Below the pieces are notes generated by a model. It worked only from the letters and a program-made list of their open reading frames with translations, did not search any database and was not told where the DNA came from. DNA of 55,054 bases from Lacinutrix sp. (GTDB lineage Bacteria; Bacteroidota; Bacteroidia; Flavobacteriales; Flavobacteriaceae): the NCBI RefSeq assembly GCF_023299985.1, contig NZ_JALZVX010000004.1:1-55054 (forward strand), written 5' to 3'. Below, one piece after another: positions 29,937 through 40,124 of the stretch. How positions within the stretch are numbered: position 1 is the first letter of the stretch; each line of letters starts with the position of its first letter. Both the position numbers and the translations under genes were made by a program.

Positions 29937-31166
29937 ATGAAAAATATTAGTAAAGTTTCGGTTTTATTTATGATGGTATTTGCTTTCGCCATTATGGCAT
30001 GTGATAATGAACCATTGGATGGTTTTGATTTAAATAATCTAGATGGGTCGAATAATTTAATAGGCACTTGGACATTAACTAATTTTGATGCGACAGTTAA
30101 TACAGCATCAGAGGTTGGAGGCATTCCTTTTGAGACTGACTTTTTAATACAAAGTGTAAACCCTAATTACGATTTAACTTTTGCGCCAAGTACTTTTACA
30201 ACTAGTGGTAGTTATGGATACGATGTTAATATAACAGTAAATGGACAAACTAGTATGCAAAATTTGTCTGTTGATAATGTTATGGGAGCTGGAAGTTATA
30301 CTACCAATGGAAGTGAGATAACTTCAGACGGTTCTTTTGTTTCGTATGAATTTCAAGGTATGGATTTATCAGAATTTGATGGACCACAAACAGCACCTTA
30401 TACTATTTCTGCAGACGGACAAACTTTATCCTTTGTACAAAACTCTACAGAAACAACTAATGATGGTGGTTTTACTACAACTTCTACAATATCTTCTAGT
30501 TCTACTTGGACAAAAATAAATAATACTGTAGATCCTTGTATTGAAGCTACAAGTTTTGCTTCATCTGCAGAAACAGCTTTTAACAACGATATTACAAATG
30601 AAAATTTATGTAACGCTTACAAATCTGCTTTACAAAATCAAATTAACTCTTGTGGAGATAATAATGGTTCTATTCAAGCACTTATAAACGGATTAGGTGA
30701 TTGTTCTAATTCTACACCAGACGAAGGTATAGTAGGTACATGGTTGTTAACAGCATGGAATGGTGAAGAAGCTATTGACCTTAATAATGATGGTACAGAA
30801 AATATTAATTTTTTAGATGAAATGGACTGTTTAACAAACGAAACTATAGTTTTTAATGCAGATAATACAGGTACAGTAATGAGTACTTCTTTTCCAAGTT
30901 TTACAACTGAAATTGAAGTAGGAACAACAGATTCTTTTATTTTTACAATAGATTGTGAAGAAGAAGTAGAAAACACAGACATTACTTGGACGCAAAATGG
31001 AAACATAATTTCTATTACAGATACAGCAACAGCAGGTGTTACCGATTGGACTATAAACGGTAATGAATTATCTATTATAGTACCTGAAGGATTTGTTGCT
31101 TTTGATGGTGAAGACTTTACAGCAACTGTGACCCAAGATTTAACTTTTGTTTACGAAAAGCAATAG
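29937..31166 (+). CDS. Acidic lipoprotein with two lipocalin-like domains
   Basis: Lipobox IMAC; LIGTWTL and IVGTWLL domain starts; Cys-containing helical linker. Confidence 0.75.
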   Translation: MKNISKVSVLFMMVFAFAIMACDNEPLDGFDLNNLDGSNNLIGTWTLTNFDATVNTASEVGGIPFETDFLIQSVNPNYDLTFAPSTFTTSGSYGYDVNITVNGQTSMQNLSVDNVMGAGSYTTNGSEITSDGSFVSYEFQGMDLSEFDGPQTAPYTISADGQTLSFVQNSTETTNDGGFTTTSTISSSSTWTKINNTVDPCIEATSFASSAETAFNNDITNENLCNAYKSALQNQINSCGDNNGSIQALINGLGDCSNSTPDEGIVGTWLLTAWNGEEAIDLNNDGTENINFLDEMDCLTNETIVFNADNTGTVMSTSFPSFTTEIEVGTTDSFIFTIDCEEEVENTDITWTQNGNIISITDTATAGVTDWTINGNELSIIVPEGFVAFDGEDFTATVTQDLTFVYEKQ

Positions 31167-31180
31167 GTTTTAAATTCAAC

Positions 31181-31221
31181 AAAAAAAGCCATTTTTCTAT
31201 ACTAGAAAAATGGCTTTTTTT
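31181..31221. terminator. Bidirectional terminator
   Basis: AAAAAAAGCCATTTTTCTA-tac-TAGAAAAATGGCTTTTTTT. Confidence 0.9.
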
Positions 31222-31235
31222 GTTTTTAGGTTAAT

Positions 31236-32021
31236 CTAATTCCCAATACTACCAGAACCTGTAACTTTACTATCTTCAGATTTTGGTGAGCCTTTATATT
31301 CAATATCTCCAGAGCCAGTAACTCTAGCTTTTAAATCGCCATTACATACAATTTCTACATCTCCAGAACCTGTTACCTTAGCATCTACATCTATAGCTTC
31401 TAAATTATAACCGTGGAAATCTCCAGAACCCGTAACACTAGCTTTTAATTCTTTAGTCTTACCATTTAAGGTTAAATCTCCAGAACCATTTACAGAAGCA
31501 CTAATATCGTTTGCTTCAATATCTAATACTATGTCTCCAGATCCAGATATTCTTGTAGTAAAGTTGTTGGCTACAATTTTATCTTTATTAATAACATCTC
31601 CAGAACCAGATAAGCTTACATAGTCTATGTCTTTAAAAGGGATTGTAATTTTTATAGTTTTGTTAAAACTTGGCTTTAAGCTAATATTATTTTCAGTTTT
31701 AATTTTAAGCGTATTACCATCAACTTCTACTTTAATATATTCTAAAAGATTGCTTTCTCCTTCAATTTTAATATCTCCTTCTTTTCCTTTTACAAGAATA
31801 AAGTCCATTGATCCTGCAAACTTAATTTCATCATAGTCTGATGTAGATTTGGTAATGGTTGTTACTTCTCCATTACCTTTTATTTTTTTACTTCCCCAAA
31901 GTTGTGCTTGAGCAAATGTGAAGCTTAATAATGCAATAGCTAATACAAATGTGTTTTTTAAGTATTTACTCACATCTTTATTATTGTTTAAGTGTTCGTT
32001 ATTTTTTTTTGAAAAGTTCAT
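31236..32021 (-). CDS. Head GIN / DUF2807 domain protein
   Basis: Repeated (V/I)xGSGD beta-helix motifs. Confidence 0.9.
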   Translation of the reverse strand: MNFSKKNNEHLNNNKDVSKYLKNTFVLAIALLSFTFAQAQLWGSKKIKGNGEVTTITKSTSDYDEIKFAGSMDFILVKGKEGDIKIEGESNLLEYIKVEVDGNTLKIKTENNISLKPSFNKTIKITIPFKDIDYVSLSGSGDVINKDKIVANNFTTRISGSGDIVLDIEANDISASVNGSGDLTLNGKTKELKASVTGSGDFHGYNLEAIDVDAKVTGSGDVEIVCNGDLKARVTGSGDIEYKGSPKSEDSKVTGSGSIGN

Positions 32022-32058
32022 AATTTTCGTTTTATATAATTAAATTAATTGATTTTTT

Positions 32059-33156
32059 TTAATTATGAAAGAAAGTAACACTACCATATTCAGAATTTAC
32101 TTTTACTAAACTTCCAGAATTTTCGGTGTTGTAATAACCTTTATAGTAGCGATCTGAAGATTCTATACGTTTTTTTATAAAATTTAAACTAGCATCACTA
32201 TCTTTTAAAGATCCATATTCTAATGCGATATCAAAATCGAATGATACCAATGGATCGTAACCTATTTTTATACCAACGTAATCCGAATCTATGGATACAT
32301 TTTTTATGCTCTTGTTTAGTTTGGCTATTTTAATAGAGCCATAGTCTGCAGTAATATTTAGATTCTTGTAAACATCTCCAATTATTACGGTTAAGTAGTC
32401 TCCATTACCTTTTAGGTTATTTACTTTATCTACAGTAATACCACCATAATCACAGTTGTAAGTAATAGCTTCTGCAATTTCTACTTTAGACTTTGTGTAA
32501 TCTGCTATAATTTCTAGCGTATTGGTTTTAGAGACCGTAAAACCACTATAATCAGCATTAATTTCTCCACTTTTAATAAACTCGAAATAACAGTTACTAG
32601 AGTAATCAAAATTTATTCTATTATTATCGGCTAATAACTCTTTAGTGGTAATTTTACCATAATCGCAATTAATTTCTGCACGACCTTCAAGTGTGCCTAA
32701 ATTAATATTCCCATAATCGTTATTTAGGTTTACATTATTAGTAATTGGTATTTTAATAATGTAATTAATTTTCATTTGTACATTATTACTATTTGTCCAA
32801 CTCCACCAAGATTTACTTTTGTTTTTACTAAACCTTGTAATTGCAGTAACCAAATCTTGAGATCCAGAAAAATCTACTGTAATTCCATCAAGTTTTTCTT
32901 GTGCTTTTTCTTCGTTATCTCCTGTTGTAGTAATCTTTATTTCAAAATCTATAGTGTTACCATCCCAAGTTACAATATCTAGATTCCCGTAACTGTTATC
33001 TACTTTTAATGTCGCGTTATCGTTAACATTAAATGTTTTAGTAATGGTTTTTTCCTTTTTATACTTTCCATCTTTATCGTTATTAATATTAGCGAATAGT
33101 GCTAATGGTAATAGTAGCAATATGGCAAATAGGTTATAGTGTTGTTGTTGTCTCAT
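32059..33156 (-). CDS. Secreted adhesin-like (DUF4097-like) protein
   Basis: Signal peptide; repeated xDYG/NxYG motifs; lies in the ECF operon. Confidence 0.7.
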   Translation of the reverse strand: MRQQQHYNLFAILLLLPLALFANINNDKDGKYKKEKTITKTFNVNDNATLKVDNSYGNLDIVTWDGNTIDFEIKITTTGDNEEKAQEKLDGITVDFSGSQDLVTAITRFSKNKSKSWWSWTNSNNVQMKINYIIKIPITNNVNLNNDYGNINLGTLEGRAEINCDYGKITTKELLADNNRINFDYSSNCYFEFIKSGEINADYSGFTVSKTNTLEIIADYTKSKVEIAEAITYNCDYGGITVDKVNNLKGNGDYLTVIIGDVYKNLNITADYGSIKIAKLNKSIKNVSIDSDYVGIKIGYDPLVSFDFDIALEYGSLKDSDASLNFIKKRIESSDRYYKGYYNTENSGSLVKVNSEYGSVTFFHN

Positions 33157-33700
33157 TGGTGTTTAGTTTAAATGTTTTAATACCTTCTATGTTTTCTAAT
33201 ACTGTTTTTAAAATGTCTATTCTATTGCCAAAATTATTAATCATGGCATGGATAACGCGTTTATCGTTTCCGCTTTCTGTTAAGTCTAATTTTAGTTGAT
33301 TGTACTGTATTTCTAACGTTTCCATTTGGGTCATAGCATCTTTAACTAGAGCTTCGGTCTCTGGAGTACGTTCTCTATCAATTTTTTCTAATTCTTCTGC
33401 AATAACAGAAGTAAAGAAGTTTTGAGTATTTGCCATTTCTGGAGAAACACTTGCTAAACCTTGTACGTCTGGTTCAGTATTAAAACTAACAGCTAACGTA
33501 ATTAATAATACAAGAGAGGCTGCAACGCCTAAAAAAGGCTTCCATAAGTTTTTACTTGTATTGGATACTGAAACATCTTGTGTTTGGTTTTGTGCTTTTA
33601 GTTTGTCTAGAAACCTATTTTCATGACCATGACTTGGTGCATCAACATCAAACTCATGTTGAAATTTATCGAAAATTTGATTTATGTTATCGTTTTTCAT
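33134..33700 (-). CDS. Putative anti-sigma factor (single TM)
   Basis: P..GHENRFLDKL, VAAS transmembrane segment; directly downstream of the ECF sigma gene. Confidence 0.7.
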   Translation of the reverse strand: MKNDNINQIFDKFQHEFDVDAPSHGHENRFLDKLKAQNQTQDVSVSNTSKNLWKPFLGVAASLVLLITLAVSFNTEPDVQGLASVSPEMANTQNFFTSVIAEELEKIDRERTPETEALVKDAMTQMETLEIQYNQLKLDLTESGNDKRVIHAMINNFGNRIDILKTVLENIEGIKTFKLNTNETTTTL

Positions 33701-33710
33701 TTGTAATTTT

Positions 33711-34268
33711 TTATCCAACTAAGGCTTGCATTTTTTTTCTTAAACTTTCTTTTGCTCTTGAAATGGTAGTGCGACAGTTAGCATTAGAAATTCTCATAAT
33801 TTCACTTATCTCTTCGTAATCGAAACCTTCAATTAAATGAAGCGTTAAAGCTATACGATAATTATCTTTCAAGTTTTTCATAGTTTCAATTATCTGTTTG
33901 GCTTGTATGCTTGTAAACTCATAATCTTCTGTAATGCCATCTGTATCTTCAACTTTATAAAGCACTTCGTCTAGAGGTACTTCGTCAAACTTAGTACTCT
34001 TATTGTAATGGTAAATACTTTTATTAATCACTATACGTTTTAACCAAGCTCCAAATGTTTTAATATCCTTTAAAGTATTAAGCTTCGAAAACGCAAGTAA
34101 AAAAGCATCTTGCATTACATCTTCGGCTTCAAATCTATCTTTTACAATGCGATATGCAGTGTTGTACATAGCTTTATAATACCTATTATACAGTTCCAAT
34201 TGCGCGAATTGGTTGTTGCTTTTACAAAGGGCAACGAGCTGTTCGATATTGTGGTTGGTTAATGTCAA
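33711..34268 (-). CDS. ECF RNA polymerase sigma-70 factor
   Basis: AEDVMQDAF, FGAWLKRIVIN, region 4 EGFDYEEISEIM; probable TTG start at 34268. Confidence 0.92.
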   Translation of the reverse strand: MTLTNHNIEQLVALCKSNNQFAQLELYNRYYKAMYNTAYRIVKDRFEAEDVMQDAFLLAFSKLNTLKDIKTFGAWLKRIVINKSIYHYNKSTKFDEVPLDEVLYKVEDTDGITEDYEFTSIQAKQIIETMKNLKDNYRIALTLHLIEGFDYEEISEIMRISNANCRTTISRAKESLRKKMQALVG

Positions 34269-34290
34269 TTCTAATGGTTTGTTGTAATAT

Positions 34291-34321
34291 AGATACAAGT
34301 TAAATTAGTTTGTTACAGTTT
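34291..34321 (-). promoter_or_regulatory. Putative autoregulated ECF promoter (TGTAAC-N18-TCT)
   Basis: Minus strand AAACTGTAACAaactaatttaacttgtaTCT just upstream of the sigma gene. Confidence 0.6.
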
Positions 34322-34603
34322 TTAAAAATTTTATTTAAAATTTCTCAAAACAGTAAGTTAAAAGCTAATAATTAAAAACGGACAAAAGTCAATTATATAT
34401 AGCAGTACTAACTATTAACGCATCACTTTTATCTCTTAACTAAAACTATGGCATATTAATTGAACTTTTAAAAACAGATACAAATATTAGATTGTTGATA
34501 ATTAATTGATAATCAAAGTATTTAAGCATTATAAATATTAATTTTACAAATAAGACATTAGACATCAAATGTTATTTGGTGACAAAATGACGGAAATATA
34601 CAT

Positions 34604-37051
34604 ATGAAGAAATCTAATTTTATTAGTTTGGACAGTTTGTCACTGCAGGATTTTGATGAAAATTCTGAGTTAATCCCTTTGATGACTCCTGAAGATGAAG
34701 AGAAAATTAACAAGGAAGAGCTACCAGAAACATTACCAATTTTACCGTTACGTAATACAGTTCTATTTCCTGGAGTTGTAATACCAATTACAGCAGGAAG
34801 AGACAAAAGCATTAAATTAATAGACGATGCTAACAAAGGTTCTAAAGTTATTGGTGTAGTATCACAAAAGGATGAAGCAGTTGAGGATCCAAAAGCAGGA
34901 GATATACATGAAACTGGTACAGTAGCACGTATTCTTAAAGTACTAAAAATGCCAGATGGTAACACTACAGTTATTATTCAAGGTAAAAAACGTTTTAGTG
35001 TTGCTGAAGTTATTACTGAGGAACCTTATATGAATGCTACAGTTCGTGAAGTACCAGAAGCAAAGCCAGCAAAAAAGAATAAAGAATTTCAAGCCATTAT
35101 AGACTCTATAAAAGATTTAGCGCTTAGAATTATAAAGGACAGTCCAAATATTCCAAGTGAAGCATCTTTTGCGATCAAGAATATAGAAAGTGATTCATTC
35201 TTAATCAATTTTGTGTCTTCTAATATGAATTTACCTGTAAAGGATAAACAAAAACTATTAGAAACAAACGACCTTAAAGAGCGTGCTTTAGAAACCTTAA
35301 AATTTATGAATATCGAACTTCAGAAATTGGAGCTAAAAAACGATATTCAATCTAAGGTTCAAAACGACATGAATCAGCAACAACGCGAATATTTCTTGAA
35401 TCAGCAAATGAAAACCATTCAAGAAGAACTTGGTGGTGGCAATGCAGAGGAGATAGAAGAAATGAAAAAACGTGCCAAAGCAAAGAAGTGGGACGATAAG
35501 ACTGCAGAACATTTTGAAAAAGAATTATCTAAAATGCAACGCATGAATCCGCAAGTTGCTGAATACTCTATACAACGTAATTATTTAGACTTGTTTCTAG
35601 ATTTGCCTTGGAATGAATTTAGTAAAGATAAATTCGATCTTAAACGTGCTAAAAAGATATTAGATAGAGACCATTATGGTTTAGACGATGTTAAAAAACG
35701 TATTATAGAATACTTAGCAGTATTAAAATTACGTAACGATATGAAATCACCAATCTTATGTCTTTATGGACCTCCAGGAGTTGGTAAAACATCTTTAGGT
35801 AAATCTATAGCAGAGGCTTTAGGTCGCGAATATGTACGCATGTCTTTAGGTGGTTTACGAGATGAAGCCGAAATTAGAGGACACCGTAAAACCTACATTG
35901 GTGCAATGCCAGGACGTATAATCCAGTCTTTAAAAAAGGCAGGAACATCTAATCCTGTATTTGTTTTAGACGAAATAGATAAACTCTCTAACTCGCATCA
36001 AGGCGATCCATCTTCTGCTTTATTAGAAGTTTTAGATCCAGAGCAAAATAGCGAGTTTCATGATAATTTCTTAGAAATGGGTTACGACCTGTCTAAGGTT
36101 ATGTTTATTGCGACTTCTAATAGTTTAGGTACCATACAGCCTGCTTTACGAGACAGAATGGAAATTATAAACGTTACAGGTTATACCATAGAAGAAAAAG
36201 TAGAGATAGGTAAACGCCATTTATTACCAAAACAGTTAAAAGAACATGGTTTAACAGATAAGCACTTAAAACTAGCAAAACCACAATTAGAAAAAATAGT
36301 AGAAGGTTATACAAGAGAATCTGGTGTAAGAAGTTTAGAAAAGCAAATTGCAAAAATGGTACGTTATGCTGCCATGAATATTGCAATGGAAGAAGACTAT
36401 GATCTTAAGGTAACAAACGACACAGTTATTAAAGTTTTAGGAGGACCAAAATTAGAACGTGATAAATACGAAAATAACGATGTTGCAGGAGTAGTAACAG
36501 GCTTAGCTTGGACTAGAGTAGGAGGCGATATTTTATTTATAGAATCTATTTTATCTAAAGGAAAAGGCACAATGTCAATTACTGGAAATTTAGGAAAAGT
36601 AATGAAGGAGTCTGCAACCATAGCTATGCAATACATAAAAGCTAATGCAGACGAATTTGGAATTAACGCAGATATTTTCGATAAGTATAGCGTACACATT
36701 CACGTACCAGAAGGTGCCACTCCAAAAGATGGACCTAGTGCAGGTGTAACCATGCTAACATCTTTAGTATCTTTATTTACCCAACGAAAAGTAAAAAAGA
36801 GTTTAGCTATGACAGGTGAAATTACACTTCGTGGTAAAGTACTACCAGTTGGCGGAATAAAAGAAAAAATATTAGCAGCAAAACGTGCAAGAATTAAAGA
36901 AATATTACTTTGTGAAGATAATAGAAGAGATATCGAGGAAATTAAGCAAGACTATTTAAAAGGCTTAACATTCCATTATGTTTCAGATATGAAAGATGTT
37001 TTAAAATTAGCTATTACAAAGCAGAAAGTTAAAAACGCTAAAAAATTATAA
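34604..37051 (+). CDS. lon: ATP-dependent protease La
   Basis: [32 protein letters not shown]. Confidence 0.97.
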   Translation: MKKSNFISLDSLSLQDFDENSELIPLMTPEDEEKINKEELPETLPILPLRNTVLFPGVVIPITAGRDKSIKLIDDANKGSKVIGVVSQKDEAVEDPKAGDIHETGTVARILKVLKMPDGNTTVIIQGKKRFSVAEVITEEPYMNATVREVPEAKPAKKNKEFQAIIDSIKDLALRIIKDSPNIPSEASFAIKNIESDSFLINFVSSNMNLPVKDKQKLLETNDLKERALETLKFMNIELQKLELKNDIQSKVQNDMNQQQREYFLNQQMKTIQEELGGGNAEEIEEMKKRAKAKKWDDKTAEHFEKELSKMQRMNPQVAEYSIQRNYLDLFLDLPWNEFSKDKFDLKRAKKILDRDHYGLDDVKKRIIEYLAVLKLRNDMKSPILCLYGPPGVGKTSLGKSIAEALGREYVRMSLGGLRDEAEIRGHRKTYIGAMPGRIIQSLKKAGTSNPVFVLDEIDKLSNSHQGDPSSALLEVLDPEQNSEFHDNFLEMGYDLSKVMFIATSNSLGTIQPALRDRMEIINVTGYTIEEKVEIGKRHLLPKQLKEHGLTDKHLKLAKPQLEKIVEGYTRESGVRSLEKQIAKMVRYAAMNIAMEEDYDLKVTNDTVIKVLGGPKLERDKYENNDVAGVVTGLAWTRVGGDILFIESILSKGKGTMSITGNLGKVMKESATIAMQYIKANADEFGINADIFDKYSVHIHVPEGATPKDGPSAGVTMLTSLVSLFTQRKVKKSLAMTGEITLRGKVLPVGGIKEKILAAKRARIKEILLCEDNRRDIEEIKQDYLKGLTFHYVSDMKDVLKLAITKQKVKNAKKL

Positions 37052-37053
37052 AG

Positions 37054-38391
37054 ATGAAAGCAATTGTATTTTGTTTATTCGGTTTACTATCATTAGGTCT
37101 TTTTGCTCAAGAGATTGAGGAGGAGTTTCTTCCTATAGAAGTTGAAGGTAAAGAAGCTTACATGTCTACTAAAACAGGAGAGTTTACTTTTAGAGCTCAT
37201 AGTAAGACAGATGCAACCCAATTAAAAACGACACCAAGTGGTGTGGTTTATACAAATATTACAACGCATACCATTAAAAAAGGAGAGACTTTGTTTACTG
37301 TTGCTAAAAAAAACAACGTTTCTATAGACGAGATTAAAAGGTATAATAAAGTTGCGAGTTCAAATTTAAAAATAGGAACACCTATTAAAATTGTTAAAAA
37401 AGAATTAGTAAAATCTAGCAGCCCAGTTATTAGTTATGCTGGAGAAGAACGTATAATAGCTTCACTACGTCCTGGAGAATCTCCTGGTCAATTTGCTGCT
37501 CCACCTTCTGTGGCAGAGGTAGAAAATAAAGTTATTGAAACTAAAAAAACAGAAGAGAAACCTTCTGCTACTGTTTATAAAGCTAAAACTAGTGTGAAGA
37601 ATCCTATTTTTGGATTAACTAGTGCAAAAGCAGACAATACTCAGGATAATGATGATAGTATAAATGACCTTTCTAAAGCAATTAGTCAAGAAATTAAAGC
37701 GGCTAAAACAGATAAAACTGTAAAAGCGGTTAAAACTGAAGTTATAAAAGAAAAAATTCGTGTAGTTGAAGCTCCTAAAACAAAAGTAAAAGTCGAGTCT
37801 AAAAAAGAAAAATTAGCACGACTTAAAGCAGAAATGCAAGCTTTGGAAGCAGAGTTAGACGAAGAAACACCTTCAAAAAAAGTAATAAAACAAGAAGTAG
37901 TAAAACAAGAGGTTAGAAAAGAAATTAAAGAAGAAGTTAAAAAAGTAAATACAGCTGTTGCACAAACAAAAAAAGAAGACGCTAACGCACTAGAGCTTAT
38001 AAAAAAATCTAATCCAGAGGCTACAATTGAAGAAACTGCTAATGGTAGAAAAGTTATGGTTTTTGAAAACAAGCCAAAAGCTGAAGAGTCTACAGCAGCA
38101 AAGGCTAAGAAAGCTATAGCTTCGGTTAGAAAAACTAAAGAAGATGTTGCCACTTCAAAAGTAGAAGCATTAAAAAAAGAAAAGAAAGTAGCAGCCGAGA
38201 ACAATTCTAAAGAAAACACTGAAGAAACTAAAACAGAGGCTAATAATTTCTATACCGTAGAAAAAGGAAACTCTTTATGGTCTATTGCTAAAAAGCATAA
38301 TATGACTGTAGATGCTATAAAAAAATTAAACAATTTAAAAAACAATAATCTTAGTGTTGGTCAGAAATTAAAAGTGACGTCTAAAAAATAA
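37054..38391 (+). CDS. Secreted protein with two LysM domains and a long K/E/A-rich linker
   Basis: HTIKKGETLFTVAK and YTVEKGNSLWSIAKKH LysM motifs; signal peptide. Confidence 0.85.
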   Translation: MKAIVFCLFGLLSLGLFAQEIEEEFLPIEVEGKEAYMSTKTGEFTFRAHSKTDATQLKTTPSGVVYTNITTHTIKKGETLFTVAKKNNVSIDEIKRYNKVASSNLKIGTPIKIVKKELVKSSSPVISYAGEERIIASLRPGESPGQFAAPPSVAEVENKVIETKKTEEKPSATVYKAKTSVKNPIFGLTSAKADNTQDNDDSINDLSKAISQEIKAAKTDKTVKAVKTEVIKEKIRVVEAPKTKVKVESKKEKLARLKAEMQALEAELDEETPSKKVIKQEVVKQEVRKEIKEEVKKVNTAVAQTKKEDANALELIKKSNPEATIEETANGRKVMVFENKPKAEESTAAKAKKAIASVRKTKEDVATSKVEALKKEKKVAAENNSKENTEETKTEANNFYTVEKGNSLWSIAKKHNMTVDAIKKLNNLKNNNLSVGQKLKVTSKK

Positions 38392-38460
38392 TCAAAAATA
38401 AATTTTTGTTTTACCATAATTAACTGAGTGTAAACAAAACATAAAGAAACCCTATTTTAT

Positions 38461-38958
38461 ATGAAAAAAGTAATTTTGGCATTAGTATGCCTAGTAAGTT
38501 TTAGTGTATTTTCTCAAGAAAACATAGTAGATGTTATTATGGATGGCAAGCCTGCGAAATTGAATACTACAACAGGAGTTTTTACCTTTACAAAAGGTAC
38601 ACCAAGTAGTTATGCTACAAATAATAGCACTACAGATTCTAAACCTTTAAATGGAGACATACATATAGTTGGCAAAGGTGAAACTTTGTATTCTATTTCT
38701 AAAAAATATCAATTAAGTATAGCGCAAATTAAGAGTTTAAATAATCTTGTAACTAATGTGCTTAACGTAAATCAAGAATTAAAAATAGGTTATAATACTT
38801 CAGCTAAAATTAGTGAATTTTCTGTTTATACAGTAAAAAAAGGAGATTCATTATACAGTATTGCTAGGACAGCAAATATTACGGTTAATGCCTTAAAACA
38901 ACTAAATAATATAGAAAATAGTATTATTAGCATAGGTCAAGAGCTTAAATTAAAATAA
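38461..38958 (+). CDS. Secreted protein with two LysM domains
   Basis: HIVGKGETLYSISKKY and YTVKKGDSLYSIAR. Confidence 0.88.
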   Translation: MKKVILALVCLVSFSVFSQENIVDVIMDGKPAKLNTTTGVFTFTKGTPSSYATNNSTTDSKPLNGDIHIVGKGETLYSISKKYQLSIAQIKSLNNLVTNVLNVNQELKIGYNTSAKISEFSVYTVKKGDSLYSIARTANITVNALKQLNNIENSIISIGQELKLK

Positions 38959-39008
38959 AAAACACATCGCTGCGTTTTAAAATAGATTTAGTTACTTTAA
39001 CCACTTTT

Positions 39009-40028
39009 ATGCTTAAAAAATTTATCCCTTTTTATTTTATACTTTTTAACACTTTTTGCTTCGCGCAATTGGGAGGAGAATCTACTTATCAGTTTTTAAA
39101 TTTAGTATCCTCGCCAAGACAAGCAGCTTTAGGTGGTAAAGTTTTAACAAATATAGATTGGGACGTTACACAAGGTATTTATAATCCATCTGCAATTAAT
39201 GTAGAAATGGACAACCAATTTGCATTAAATTACACTAATTATTTAGGCGGTATTAAGTTTGGTACTGCAGCTTATGCTTATACTGTAGATAGGCGTGTAC
39301 AAACATACCATGCAGGTATTACCTTTATTAATTATGGTGATTTTGCTGGTTTTGATGAAGATGGAAATGAAACCGGTGATTTTTCAGGTTCTGAAATTGC
39401 ATTATCCTTTGGTTATGCAGCGCAAGTTGGTTTTTCAGATTTTTACGTTGGAGCAAACTTAAAACTTATTAACTCTAGTTTAGAGCAATTTAATTCTTTT
39501 GGTATTGCTACAGATTTAGCATTAATGTACATAGACGAGCGTCTAGAGTTTCAAGGTACTCTAGTGGTTAGAAATTTAGGTACACAAATCACCACGTATG
39601 CTGGAGTACAAGAGTCTTTGCCTTTAGAAATAGATATAGGTTTATCTCAAACGCTAGAAAATATACCATTGAGATGGCACTTAACCTTCGAGAATTTACA
39701 ACAATGGCCAATTGGAGAACCTAATCCTGCTAGAGCAGCTACAGATTTAGAAGGCAATCAAGAACAAGAGAATGTAGGTTTCTTAGCGCAAGTAGTTAGA
39801 CATACAATATTAGGCGCAGAGCTATTTCCAAATAAAGGTTTTAATATACGTTTAGGTTATAATTTTAGACGTGCCGAAGAGTTACGTATTGTAGACCAAA
39901 GAAACTTCTCAGGTATTTCTGCAGGTTTTTCTATAAAGCTTAATAAAATGCGTATTAGTTATACACATGCAAAATATACTGCTGCTTCAAATTCTAACTT
40001 CTTAGGATTGCAGATTGATTTGAGATAG
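39009..40028 (+). CDS. porQ: Type IX secretion system protein PorQ
   Basis: YQFLNLVSSPRQAALGG, NPSAI, RLGYNFRRAEEL; lon-porQ-cmk gene order. Confidence 0.88.
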   Translation: MLKKFIPFYFILFNTFCFAQLGGESTYQFLNLVSSPRQAALGGKVLTNIDWDVTQGIYNPSAINVEMDNQFALNYTNYLGGIKFGTAAYAYTVDRRVQTYHAGITFINYGDFAGFDEDGNETGDFSGSEIALSFGYAAQVGFSDFYVGANLKLINSSLEQFNSFGIATDLALMYIDERLEFQGTLVVRNLGTQITTYAGVQESLPLEIDIGLSQTLENIPLRWHLTFENLQQWPIGEPNPARAATDLEGNQEQENVGFLAQVVRHTILGAELFPNKGFNIRLGYNFRRAEELRIVDQRNFSGISAGFSIKLNKMRISYTHAKYTAASNSNFLGLQIDLR

Positions 40029-40039
40029 TTTTACATTTG
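40008..40039 (+). promoter_or_regulatory. Bacteroidota sigma-70 promoter upstream of the att-like site, the cassette and cmk
   Basis: TTG(40008-10)-N21-TACATTTG(40032-39). Confidence 0.6.
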
Positions 40040-40063
40040 ACTTTCTAAAAAAAATAGTCGAAC

Positions 40064-40124
40064 TTCGTTTAACGTCTGATATAAAACATTTAAACGATTT
40101 CATATCAGGTAAAACGTTATAAGC
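40064..40124. repeat. Left attC-like recombination site (hybrid)
   Basis: TTCGTTTAAC (contains RYYYAAC) - inner stem CTGATAT(A)AAA/TTT(C)ATATCAG - G|TTATAAGC. Confidence 0.75.
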
